A stretch of DNA of 64,000 nucleotides, taken from assembly GCA_010093705.1 (NCBI GenBank), contig MU006089.1, positions 686,904 through 750,903 of the forward strand, in the 5' to 3' direction. Source of the stretch: Patellaria atrata CBS 101060. Its lineage: Eukaryota. This document shows, one piece after another, positions 12,733 to 25,700 of the stretch (position 1 is the stretch's first letter; each line of letters opens with the position of its first letter). Below the pieces are notes generated by a model. The model made no database searches and was not told the origin of the DNA. It saw only the letters and a program-made list of their open reading frames with translations. Made by a program: the position numbers and the translations under genes.

Positions 12733-13244
12733 TCATCCCCCCTTCCCCATAGTCCCATACCCGCCCTCTTCGTCACCTATACCACCACCTTCCTTCCCAT
12801 CCCCAACTGCCTCCCCCGAACTATCCTCTTCCTCCCCATCTACCCCCAACAACACACCCACAGCCCCAACAACCAACGCGTACGGCGCAAACAACACGAT
12901 CAAGATAGCACATCTGACCCAAAATCGCCGCGGGGAGTGCTGCATGTAGTTGCTCACGATCGCCGCCCAGAGGACCGTTACTAGGAGCTTGTATAGCTGG
13001 CACGGCTGGACGAGGTGGGTGAGGGCGGTGCGGAGGCGTGTGATGAAGGGAGTTTGGTCTGGATGGCCGTGAGTGCGTGATGTGGGGAACAAGGTGGGGA
13101 GAGGGGAAGGGGGAACTGACCTGGTGGTGCGTTTGGTGGGGATGGTGTGCGGTTTGGGTTGGGTTCGATATCGGCGTGTCTCGCCATATCCTGGATCGTG
13201 TTGTCGTGGGTATTGGGAAAGGAGGGCTTGCGTGTTGTTTCCAT
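12733..13244 (-). CDS. Small hypothetical membrane protein (two hydrophobic segments, acidic Gly-rich tail), 2 exons
   Basis: ORF 12981-13244 joins ORF 12733-13092 in frame through a GTCAGT...CTCAC...CAG intron (~13059-13120): ...NAPP|DQTPFITRLR...LLVTVLWAAIV...CAILIVLFAPYALVVGAVGVLLGV. No family recognised. Confidence 0.5.
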
Positions 13245-14705
13245 AGATCTAGTTTCGGTGAGGTTTTCGTCCAGAACGAGAAACTATGAAGTAGAAATTA
13301 TTCAGCTCTCCCTGTGTCTACTGCTACGACTGCAAAGGAAGTAAAAAACACTCCCTCACATACATTATCAGGCTTCCAGAACAGTTTACAATTGCAGCTG
13401 TATACAACTCCACCTTATCCTATCCTTCAGTACGGATTGCTAGAACTACCGTGACTGTTGGTTTAAACAACTTTGGGGGCCGGTTCGTGTAGTATGTAGG
13501 GCTAGAAATCGTATTAACGATAAAAGAGACGTAGTAGATTCACTCCAGCAAACAACCAGAGGGGTATATTTATACAAAGCTCCATCGAAGATAGATGAAT
13601 GACATGCATAGGGCGAGGTTTGGGGGGCGGGATCGGATAATTCGGATTCGCAAGGCTGACCTCGAGGCGCTATCAAACCTGATTTTGGACATCTGAATGT
13701 CTGTCTGAGTTTACATGAAGTGGGATAACTTGTGATAGTCAAAATCTTTCCGTTTGGATTGTACAGTGCAGATTTGTGGGTTTAGTATTGACAAGCTGTC
13801 TTGGAAGGGGTGAGTTTGTGATAAGCTGAAATGGTGGAACACTCAACCACCATGCATTACGGGGACGACGGGAGGTGCATGTTTGATAAGTTAGCTGGAT
13901 ATCACACATCTTCACGCTGGTCAAGTTATGAAGTTATGGATAGGGAACTTTGATCACTAGGAATGAAAACGCTTAACTCCATTAACATAATTTGAAATCT
14001 AACTCCAAATCGTCAGACATGCAAGCCATTCTTACCCACGATTGAGAAACAGGACTAATGTATATAAATACAATAGCGTGCCTGTTACTCGGGCTTCTAC
14101 CTCCTGCCATACATGCAAGCATATAATATCATATCGCATTCCGCATCTGGCAGTAACCGGTAAAAGCCGCCACATACCCTCAAACCCAGCGACGCCCTCC
14201 ACACCCTATAATCAAAGAATATGCTGGGATGCGAACTTTTGAGGTATCAAGCATGCGTAAAGTAAGCGAGAAAACCACAGCCGTCCGATCCAACAGACTG
14301 AAGAAGAAAAAGATGGTATCATAAAAGAAAAGAAGAAAGTATGGGGAAAAGGGAAACGCTGAAAATGGTAAAGTGTATCAGTGTAAATGAAAATATAAAT
14401 GGAAAGAGAATAGAACAAAACATAATAAAGTTATCCACCATCGATTCTAATATAGAACCCCCGAGACATGAAAGACCCGCGAATACCGCGGGAGGAAAAC
14501 CATGCCTCCTGATCCAAGCTCGACCTCTGCAGCATACGATGCAAAGCGAACGGTAGCAACTGCATCCTTTAAAATCCACCGCACAATGTCCAGAACGAGT
14601 GAAGATAGAATCCAAAAGCTCGTAGCAAGGTAAGTTCAATCGTACGATTCGACCTCAATGGACGCTGCTGCGTCGCCGAGCCTTGATCACATTAATATGA
14701 GTCAA

Positions 14706-17366
14706 TCAAGATGATCTAGCGCGTCTTACGGAATCAGGTTTTTTTGCCCCTTTTACCGACGGCTGTCTACCAGCACCTCCCATCCATCTCAACAGACCAG
14801 TTGGAGGTGGTGGTTGCTTCTTCTTCTTAACAACAGGAGCAGGTTCTACGCTAATAATTTGTGGCATTTGGGGTCCTGAAGGTGGGGGAGGAGGAGGAGG
14901 AGGAAGCATGTCGACAGGTGGTGGCGGAGGAGGCGGAGGGGGTGGAGGAGGCATTGCCATCATAGGTGGTGGAGGAGGAGGAGGAGGTGGAGGTGGTGGC
15001 ATTGAATGAGATTTGCTCTTGCTCTTGCTCGATTTCTTGACCCTTTGTTGCTGAGGTATCATGACCATAGGAGGATCAAACATTGGAGGAGGGGGTGGTG
15101 GAGGAGGGGGTGCTACAGCTTCAGGGGGAGGTGGAGGTGGAGGCGGTTCAGGCATCGGCCACATATGCATGGTAATCGTCCAGTCGGGTTCTACCATGGT
15201 TTCCCAGATCTGGGGAAGTATGATCTCTCCATTTGGACCGACAAGGTCATAATGCCCTTCCAAGACATGCGCTCCAATTACGTCAACGTGGAGGAAGGCT
15301 TGTTTGATGAGTTCTTCCATTCCCTTCCAGGTTTTGCAAATGTGCCAGGGAAATGAGAATTTCCTACCGACTGCATCTTTGAACTTAATCGGCGGTTTCT
15401 TCTCATCTGGAGGCGGGGCTCGGGCTGCTGCTTCCGCTTCCGCCAGTTTCTTGGCAGCTTCCGCTTCCGCCTCTGCTGCTTTCTTGGCAGCTTCCGCTGC
15501 CTCGGCAGCGGCTTTAGCATCCGCAATTGCTTTGTCAGCGGCCTCTTTTGCCTCGGCGGCTGCTTTGTCGGCAGCCTCTTTCATCTCTGCAGCCTTCTTG
15601 TCGGCTTCTGCTTGCGCCTCCTCCCTTGCCTTCTTCGCAGCTTCGACAAGTTTAGCTGCCGCTTCTTCAGTGGCTTTCTTATCAGCTGCTTCTTGTGCAG
15701 CTTTCGCCTCCGCTGCGGCCTTGTCTGCTGCCGCTTTGGCTTCAGCCGCTTTCTCACGCTTAAGTTGCTCGTCCCGCGACGCTATGATCAATTTCTCAAG
15801 CTTTTCCAACTTATCTTCGTCCTTCTTCTTCTTCGCTTCAATTGCTTCTGCAGCTGCTGCTTCTGCTGCAGCAACTTTGTCCGCCTCCTTCTTCCTCCTC
15901 GCCTCTTCTTGGGCAAGAAGTAAAGCCTCTAGTTTAGCGAACCGCTCTTCATTTGGATCCTTAGGAGGTTCTGGAGGAGCAATTAAAGCCTCTAGTTTAG
16001 CGATCCGTTCTTCATTAGGATCGGGTTTAGGAGGTTCTGGAGGAGGTGGTGGTGGCGGAGGTGGAGGTGGAGGAACTACGACCACTGGGGCGGGGGGTGG
16101 AGGGGGTGGTGGCGCTGCAGCCTCAGGTGGTGGAGGAGGTGGCGGAGGTGGAGGTGCTGTTTCTGATCGAGGGATTGGTGAAGGTCTGTTCGAAACATGT
16201 GGAGGGGGAGTTCGCATCTGTTGAGGCGGGAATGGAGGATAATACATTGGAGGATATCCATATGGGCTGCCTGCTCCAAATGGAGGAAAGGGAAATTGAG
16301 GAGGGGGGATTGCGCCATATGGCATCATCTCATGCCCAGCTGCCTGTGGCGGTGCTGGAGGCATGGAATTGCGGTTGCGCGGGCCTCGACCAGCATGTGG
16401 CGGATGAGGTTGATGTGGGTGATGCGGGTGATGACCTTGCTCGAAATAACCCGGACCTCCAGCACCAGGAGGACCCATACCAAATCCAGAGCCAGGACCA
16501 GGGCCTGCACCAGGAACGTTTGGTGAGAATGGATTGGGCTGTTGACCATGCGGTCCACCTACAGGCGAGAACGGGTTAGGTGGGTGGCCGAAAGGATGAG
16601 GATCTTGAGCACCAAATGGTACCAGCGATTGATTTCCCATCCCCGGCCCTGGTACCGGGTTGGTAAATGGATTGTATGGCGCAGCTCCTGACATCATACT
16701 GGGCGCATATCCACTGTGGGGTTGTTGCTGGTGCACATGAGCCCACTGTGGATGAGGATGATGTGGGATCTGTCCACGGGCATAGCCCGGATAGTCATCG
16801 TGAGAGTCCAGACTGTCGGAATTGTCGGACGTGGTCCGTCGACTGCGCTCACTTCGATCTCTGGGCGCTCGACGAACTTGTCGATCTTTTGTTCGACGTG
16901 TTGGTGGATCCTCTACGGGTACTCGTCTAGAGGAAGAACGTCGTCTTGCGGGTGGTGCTCGAGGAACAGGAGGACGAGAGCGGCCTTTGGAAGAAGTTCT
17001 CGGTCTGGATGCTGAATCTGAGGGGACAATCTCGTCTGCTTCGTCCAATCCAAGTTCTGTCCAGTCCTCTTCCTCCTCTTCCTCTGATTCGGTATAGTCT
17101 TCTTCGTCTAGACTACCGCTAGCTGGTGATACGTGAACACCAGATGAATCTTCGTCTGAATAGCGGCGTCGCTCTGCGCCCGTTTTATGGCTTACCCTGA
17201 TTGGTCTCCTTGAAGAGAGATTATATATTAGCTTCACGTACTGGGAACAGGTTGCGGCTGAGGGAATAATTGCGCTATGAGAGGGGTTGCTTGCTTGAGT
17301 CTGCGCCTCATTTTGAGAACAGGGCAGAGGCGGGGCGAGAGAGAGTAAGGCAACGATTACTTACAT
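14706..17366 (-). CDS. Pro-rich, Ala/Lys/Glu coiled-coil protein with a C-terminal fungal ubiquitin-like domain
   Basis: The 843-codon ORF contains the conserved fungal domain PIKFKDAVGRKFSFPWHICKTWKGMEELIKQAF...GHYDLVGPNGEIILPQIWETMVEPDWTITMHMWP, flanked by poly-Pro tracts. The start is inferred as AT|G across intron 17209-17364 (see findings). Confidence 0.85.
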
Positions 17367-20300
17367 GGAGGTTAGCCGTACAAGGAATTATCTCGCTCGA
17401 CCCTTCTACCAGAGAATGGGCGAGCGAAGATAACCTCGGAGGGGAGGTGGCCTTTTGATAGTTTTGCAGGAGTTGGTCTGTGTCGGTCGTTCTATCGACT
17501 GTCGTCTTGTTTGGGTTGTATTAACCCTGTCCCGCTTTGGGCTTGCCTGCCGCTACCACAACTGTTAACTTTAGCTCAAGCGAGATACTAGGGCTTTCCT
17601 TACTGACCTGGTTTCTAGATATTCCAGATAAATTCTAGCACTGTGAACTTGGGGAGAAGACGAAACGACGAAGAGCGATAATTTGGTTGAAAAGTTCTCG
17701 GTTCAAAGCTAAGGTCTTCTGGAAGAATGAAGGTAGAAGTAAGTTAGATTGTTGTCTCCGGGAAAGGGGGGCCTTTCGTTTTGGCTGGTTTGGCGTTCTG
17801 GCGGGAATGTCGCAGGAAGTGGTAAGGCTGATGATGATTCGAGGATGGGTAACCCCTCGTTACGTGTTTGGCGTCTCAAGAGATTGCTGATGCAAGGACG
17901 AAGTGATCACCAACGGGCCCGCTATGTCTTTAGGTCAGGACTAGTGGGGATGCAACGAATTGTATCTTGTCTATTCCAAAGTGTCAAATTAATGCCTTCA
18001 CCGATCGAATGCTGTGATGCGCTGGAAGATCTGGAAGAATTGGATCTCGTTCTGGGTTGGCGGCCATAAACGGACGAGAAGGATGGCGGAAGATGAGATG
18101 AAATCAGGCGGCGATCAACCCCACGATAGATTGAATGAGTAGATAAGTAAAAGCCTTGTTCCCGGCGAATATTAATCGAGAGACAAGGTCGGCAGGACAG
18201 TCTGGGGGAGGGGCAGACTTGTCAAACAATTTTTGATGGTTGATGAGAGATGATGGGTAAGATGGATTTCTTTTGGCCACAACACGAGATTCGGTGAAGG
18301 TGAGTAAGGTGTCTGTTATGTTGTATGAAGTCAGCGTGGTCCAGGTAGCAATAACAACAATATGACGATGAGCAGATGAACAGCTGCATCAGGGCACGAT
18401 AATCGTGGGTGTTATTGACAGGTCCGTAGTGGGATCGAAGAAGGCCTCAAGAGATGATCATTGGGCCTTCGAGGTGTCAAAAGTGGTGGTGGGAGGGAAG
18501 TTCCTCAGATTGGTAAGGACCGTAAGGTAACGTTGGTTGCGCTTGCCATCCAAGGGAGCACTTGTCCGGTAGCCCCTGTCGTTTGAGCCATCAAAGGCCC
18601 GAAATGGCAGGGCCTCTATGGCCCAAAGACTCGCAGCCACGGCAACGCACCACCTGAAAATGACCCCCGCCGTTTTTCCTGAATTGACACCCACGAAACC
18701 CATATACACGAAAACAAACAAAATAAAAAGCAAAAAAGGGACGTACCGCTGAATTGGCGTCGTGTAAGGTGGAAGAAGGAAGTGAGATGAGTATGTAAGC
18801 CTTCAAAATGCCAATGAATGCTGCCTTCAGTGCCTTCAAGCGGACAGTGGCCAGTCGTCCTGCAGCCACGGGGGATTTTGTTGCCAAAGGCAACAGGAAG
18901 AATTTAGAATTCGTCTAGTGGGGACCAATATCGGAAAACACAGGAATCAAAAGCTATGTAATCATTCACGTCTTGCTCCTTATAGGTCGATGGTATCTGT
19001 CTGTCTTCTTCTTGCGGATGCGAATATTTCGAAAATTCTGTTGTGCGTACGGGGACATTCGGACTGCTTTTAGATTCGAGAAAGGTGACTGAGTTTGGGA
19101 AAGACACCGGTCTTCCACGTTGACACACCAGAAAAAGGTTTCAAATACTGTCAGATCAAAAAGCAGCTCACACAGTGCGGAGTGCTGCAGTATGTTGAGA
19201 ACTGTGTAACTGACGATAGATCCGTTGGATAGGGCAGGTGGTGGAAAGTGGCAATAGATCAGCAATGTGCTGGAAAGGCTGCTTTTCAAACAAGTCACAA
19301 AGGTACTGAGAAGTATATACCGAAGCTTGAGTATCTATCTCTATCTTCTCTCTCTCTCTCTTTCCAATTCAAAAGCGCTCTGAAACTCTCTTTATGCCTG
19401 TATTCCTTGGTTCACCTTGCTGAAACCCGTGTGCTAAGAGTCATATCCTTCCGCCAACGCTGGTCCGATGAGCGCCCAATTTCGTTGTCATGCTATTTTC
19501 AGCAATTTTTAGGATTGATCACGTTTGTTGGCAGCAAAATTTATTTAGGCATTGTCCATATAGTGGGCCTACCTGGGAGATGAAGCAGTTCGTTGATCAG
19601 TACGGTGCTGCCACGTAGGTACTCGATCCGTAAGAGCTAGGAACATGCAGCAGCGCTAGGGTCTCCTTTACCAAACGGAGTGGACTACAAAATTTTCACC
19701 TGTTATTCTATGGACTAGAATGTACTCTAAACACGCCTCTACACTCTTAATTCGCGAGCCGTTCCGGTCAACACGCGATGGAGCCTCAGGTTATGACACT
19801 TTACGAGTCCGTTACATGCAGCCCAATCTCCCAGGCGCCCAATGTGACTCCGTGGACTCCTGCTTTCATTCCATGATGTTGAGAAGCCCCTTTCAACCCT
19901 GTCAATTGAGGGAGCCATGGGAGTGTAATGACGTGAGAGGAGCAATTTAGAAGAGCGGGAGAACTATGTGGTCTAGGGTCATCCATTCATCCAAGAAACC
20001 GGAAAGCCATACGTTTGAGGCATTCGCAGCAATATCCGACTGATAGGTTGTCGTATGCACAACACACCTTTCAGGGCTGAATATATCACACGCGTACAAT
20101 ACATCCTCTCAGCTTCGATATTTCGAATATGTACGGCACTCTCAACCGTCACACAGTCGCTTCAAAAGAAGAAGATTTTCTACCTGGTAGGACAATTTTA
20201 TGGTGCACATATTGTGCCTAGTGCAATAAAGCAACTGAATAGTTTGCGGTATCATCGCACTGGCAATTGCTGTTATCACACCAAGTTGTCCGAACTATCG

Positions 20301-21956
20301 ATCCGGTACGACCTCGTCATCGCATCGTCACCCCTCATCCTCTTGACTGTGAATACAATCTCCATTTTACCTCTTGTCCCTTTAACATTCAAGCCTGGGT
20401 ATTCGGGCCGAGATAGAGACATGCATCCGCATATTCGTCCGGATATCCTCGGTCAAAGCACATCTTATATCAACAACTACCTCAGGATATAGATCCAGTG
20501 TTGCGATAGCGTGGGTTCTCAACATTACACCTTGCTTCAACTCTCAACTTCGAATTGTGCTGTATAATCTTGCTTGGCACTGTTCATGGAGTGGTCACAC
20601 TGTTCATTGCCTCCGGATGTCCCAAATCATCATGAAGTCACCACCTGCTCCCTTCAGTACTGGACAGTGTTGCAGTCCGCGATCGCATCTGAATGAAAAG
20701 GGTCCACTTAAATAATGACCGGTGTATGCATATAAGAAAGAAAGACGGCAACTGCCCAAGTCATTGTCACGCCAAATTCGGACAATCCACAACTTCAACC
20801 TATGGCCGAACAAGGAAAGCACATACCCGGTCAATGGAGTATGCCCGAAATCAACCCCAGATTCTGTATGTACAGGACTTGTATCCCGTTGTACGAGTAC
20901 AACACTATCCTCTGGGCCCGTTACACAGGAATCCACAAATCCGATGCTGGTCATAAGATAATCAAGGTGCTATCAAACATATTTCACACTAACAAATGCG
21001 GCGTCAAACATTACATCAAGCCAAGATCAACGTTCTTTTCCCGCAACCAAATAGTTAAACACCTGAATATCCGTCTCTATCCTATAGGACCGGAATGTAT
21101 CAGTTAGCATAGCCACAACATGCTGACCGAGATAGTTGATCCCTAAGCTCCCTGCATCCAATCGATATGAATCAGCAGCTCACACTGGATCTAGAGACAT
21201 TACGTTGAAGTAAGTAACAGGTAAGTACGCCTGTCATCTCGTTCGTCGTCCTATTTCCCCGCATCTCCACGTACCCCCACATCACTCGCATAACGCCATA
21301 AATATCAAATCCGTTCCAGACCGTAATATACTTCCGTTAGAGTGCCAATGAACTGCAGCTTCACCTCTATCTGGCCCCCAAATTAGCTCTCCACTCACCT
21401 AAATCCCTCCTCCTCGAAACTTCAAGGCCCCCACACTCCTCTACATCAGCCGTTTCCCCCCGTGCACCTCCCGGATTTTCATCATTCCCTAAAGTATCCG
21501 TATGGAGTTATCCCCCTCGCTTTTCAAAGGAGAGATTCTCGGTTCAAGGCGGTTCAGGGAATGGATATTACGGGTCTACGCTCGACCACTCGTCCTTGTC
21601 CACGTCTTCATCACTTCTGAGTTCGAAGCAAAGCGGTGTCTACTGAAGCTATGCTTTCAGAGGATGGAGCGGTCATCGAGGAAAATTCCGTTAACCGTGA
21701 ACGGATGGCTTGTGCAAGAGGAGATGTCCAAGTAATTCGGCTCTCAAATTGACAGAACGAACGACTTCCAATCCTCTCTTGAAATGTGGTTGAATCGCAT
21801 AGCGGTGTTCATCTTCTCTGAGTTAACCTCCATATGAAGAATCATACGGATCTGTTTGCTTCTGATTAATTGAGAATGTAGGAACAGGTAAGATAAAAAT
21901 GTTCAGATCAACCGTTTGGTGTTTAGAAACAAACATGCCTACATGTATGAACCATG

Positions 21957-22420
21957 CAGTATAAATTCACTATACAGTATGGATGAACTGTACAGTGTTG
22001 ATGAACTGAACAGTACGGAATAACTGTACAGGACGGGTGATCTGTACAGTACAAATGGACCATACAGTATGAGTGAACTGTACATCACGGATGCAATGTA
22101 CAAAACTGTATTTGACTAAAACGTATGATACCTTAACATGGAACGGAATAGTGGACCTGGTAGACTATGTATATCATGACTAAGCTGTACGAAGACTAGG
22201 CTGTAAGGGTGACAGTATAACTCAACTGTACAGTATAACTCAACTGTACAGTATAACTCAACTGTACAGTATAACTCAACTGTACAGTATAACTCAATCG
22301 TACAATAGAGCTCAACCGTACAAAAAAGCTGAGTGGTACGATACAATCGACTGTACGATACAAAACAACTGTACAATATATACCAACTGTACAATACCGT
22401 ATATACTAACTGTATAATAA
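21957..22420. repeat. Bipartite 18-bp minisatellite with a palindromic ACTGTACAGT junction
   Basis: About 8 diverged units (CAGTAtggatgAACTGTA type) lie at 21957-22100. Four exact CAGTATAACTCAACTGTA copies lie at 22213-22284, followed by about 7 decaying copies. Confidence 0.9.
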
Positions 22421-22708
22421 CAACACACCTGTCCCATACAAATCAACATCGTAACTCCCACTAAAAGTATATTCTTAAACTGCACAATATCGCTAAATAG
22501 TACGATATGAGCCCATTGAACATGATATCTCTCTCGTCGCTCAGCACAAGACGACTCGAAAACAGAAGCTCTCGGTCCATGACCTGAATTAAAAGAGTCG
22601 ATCTCATACTACAAACTTACTGTAACCACCACGCTTCTCCAGCAAGTTATTCACACACAGACTCAATATAACTACAATGACATCATCCCACAACCTCACC
22701 TTCCAACC

Positions 22709-25700
22709 CTAATAAGGAATCCCATTCGTAAGCAACTGAAACTGATCATACCCCCTCGTAGAATAACTCCCCTGACTCCTTTTAATCAGCTCCCTCATAA
22801 AATCCGCGGCCTCCCTCTCACTCCTCTCGAGGACAAACCTCTCTCTAAAATGCTGAATCGTCTCCGGCTTGAAGCATGGGAGTCCACTATCCAGCATCAA
22901 GATAACAATATGGGCGAGATGCTCCGAATGCTGACGCACAGCAAGGAACGCCTTAACGCAAAGTTCCTCGAACCACTTATACGACTGACTGTTCGTCGAG
23001 CCCCCCATCACGGCCACCATCTCGCTGGTAAGCTTGAACGGCGCGCGCTCGAACCTCACGCCGCCGGGCGCGATGTCGAAGCAGAACCCGAAGTCGATGT
23101 GCAGGATGTGTCCCGCTTCGCCGATCATGATGTTGCCGTTGTGGCGGTCTTTGAATTGGAGGAGGTAGCTCACGACGCTGTAGGCTGCCATGCTCTTTAC
23201 GAAATTGCTCCTCGCTTCTTGAAACCTCACGCTATCCTCTCCACCGTACTTTGACACGAAGTAGTCATAGAGGCCGTTTACCGCTTCGCGTCCGAGCATG
23301 TCGCGCGAAATGGCGTTGGGTAGGACGTCGATGACGCCGCACCCAGGCGCGGTCGCCGTGACGCGGTAGGGGAAGACATAGACATCGAGGCCGACGGAAT
23401 TGAAGATACCGCGGAAGGCAGAAATCATTTGGAGCGCGAGGACGTCTTGGCGGCAGTCATCCCCAACCTTGAATATAGCGGATTGCCAGACTTCGTAGGT
23501 GTTGCTATCCTTATCTGAATGTTCAGACGAGTTGGAATTACTATTATCGTCAGCGGGTGCTTGCTCGGTACCGGACGTGATGGACTTGTCTTTGCGAATG
23601 CGGAAGGTCGCCATATATGGTGCTTTGGCGTGCGATTGGAGCGGCTTGCCGGATTTACGGTCGATGCCTACGACGACGCCGTCGGGGTTGCTCGGTAAAT
23701 AAACCCCTACCTCCACTTTTATCTTTCTTAACTCTTCTTCGATCTTCTGTTTCTTCTCCGGCTTGCTCTTCTTGATATAGGGGCGCAGTTTGCCCGAGAC
23801 GTCTGTGACCTCGTTGAAAAAAGCAAACTCACGCTCATAGAATCCCCGGTCCTTGTCACTGAAGCTAGTGACGAGACTGTCCATTACTTTGTCTAGGGTT
23901 GGTTTGACGGAATCGGGAACCTGTGAGTCTTCGTCTTTGTAAGCGTTCGCTTTCATGTTCCAGATGATTTGATGGGCGAATAGTTGGGAAAATTTGCCTG
24001 TCTCAATGATGTACCTTTCCACGTATCCGAGAACGTCATAGCGTAGTGTCTGAACGATCTGTGGTACGTAGAAGAATGTCACGTCTACCGAGTGACTTTC
24101 CAGAGACCGCATAGCGTACTGGATAATAAAAGGGTGGTTCCCATATGCCGGTAAGAAATATGTGGCGGATGTTGGTGGGTTTATGGGGGCCCAGTATAGC
24201 AGATACTTCAACTGAAATGAAACGTCATTTGGTAGAGATGGTCCAAGAAGCACCTCTAGAGCATCTGGAATGTGCAGCACCTTCTCTGGAAAGTTAAGTA
24301 CCAGCCAGCGAACTTCACGTTTGAGATTTGCGGATTGGAACCGGTTTGCCAGTTGAACAGCTAAAGTTGGGTTCTCAGCCCAAGCGGTTTTTAAGACGGC
24401 AGATAGGGCAGCGTCTGGGGGAGCTCTAGTTTGATGACCCGATGCGAAGTAGTGTTTCTTTTCATAATCCAGTGGGAAGAGCCAAACCATGAGTCTGGTT
24501 TGTTCGCTGCTCAGTAGCATCTGAAGCAGATCCTGTTTGCCCTGCAATGATTTCAGAGACGCTTCTGATTTACTCCCGATGTGCGCTGTCTTCTCTAACA
24601 GCATTTGGACATCTGCGAGTACATGAGTCTCTGCTTTGATCTGCAGGCGGTTACCTCCGAACGACCATCTACTGATGTCAGTCAAATATGATTTATTTGG
24701 AGGGAACGAAACATACCTGGGAGGGAGCGAGAACCATGCAAGAGCAGCGCCCAAAAGACGATCTTTGAATCGCCATTGAGCCGTGCCATCCAAACTCGTG
24801 TTGAACCGCAACATCTTAAGACCAAGCAGGATGATGTGGAAATGTACTTCACGGGCAAGAGGATGACTTGTGGTAGAAACCATGTGGTCCAAAGTTATCT
24901 GCATGAGTCGGTGATATATCTTCTCAATAGAAGGTATACCGAGTCTGCTAGCATTGTAATGACTTTCCAGAAATTGTATAAGGCGGAAGTGAGGAGCTAT
25001 TGTGTTGTATGCTCGCTGCTGTTGCTTAGCAATAACAGCTCTGTCTGATGGAGCGAACTCCATCTTGCCATACAATGGGTCTTCATGTCTGAAAGATATT
25101 AGATGGATATCAGAACGTAAAGAATTTTCAGCTTACTTGAATGCTGGATTGAAGAAACCCCTTCGCTTCCGGACCGTATCAACCCAATTTTCAGTAATTG
25201 CAACCAGAATTCTAGACTCCATCCGAGGATTTTCTTTGATCACACTCATCCACAGCGATATTCCGAGTTTGATAGACTGCTTAGTGAAAACCGCGAAAGG
25301 GATTCCTACAAGATGATGCGCAATGGCACATTGGTCCTTTTTGACACGGCATAATAGAGCAGCCGATCTTCTCAACGCATCTCGCAATTCAGCTATCGAT
25401 ACTTGCTTCCGGCTCAGCGTTCGGCTTTCTACCTCGGCCAAAACTGTGGCGGCATCTTCTGAGCTTTGTTTGAGATGAGCACTACCGCGACGTGAATTGG
25501 GCCCGCCAATGCACAACCATTCTTCATCGTGATCGGCAAAACCTTCGACAAAGCGGTATTCTTGGCGGCTAGTATACTGTGCAATAAAATCCGATGCTGT
25601 GTTGATGTGGACACCTTTCTCAACTTCGATCGCACCGAGTCGCTGATCCGTTGACGGAATCACGGAACCTAACTCGATGGCGAACGATCTACCGAGAGCG

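Noticed and set aside
15304..16224. 306-aa Ala/Ser/Gly-rich ORF on the + strand
   Set aside because: It is the antisense shadow of the low-complexity Pro/Ala/Glu/Lys codons of the real minus-strand gene.
19000..21900. Numerous 60-145 aa ORFs in the gene-poor interval
   Set aside because: They have no recognisable motifs or consistent exon chain and overlap on both strands, as random ORFs do.
21957..22420. CRISPR-like appearance (palindromic repeat with variable spacers)
   Set aside because: Repeat (10 bp) and spacers (8 bp) are far too short, the spacers resemble each other, there are no cas genes, and the context is eukaryotic. Treated as a minisatellite.
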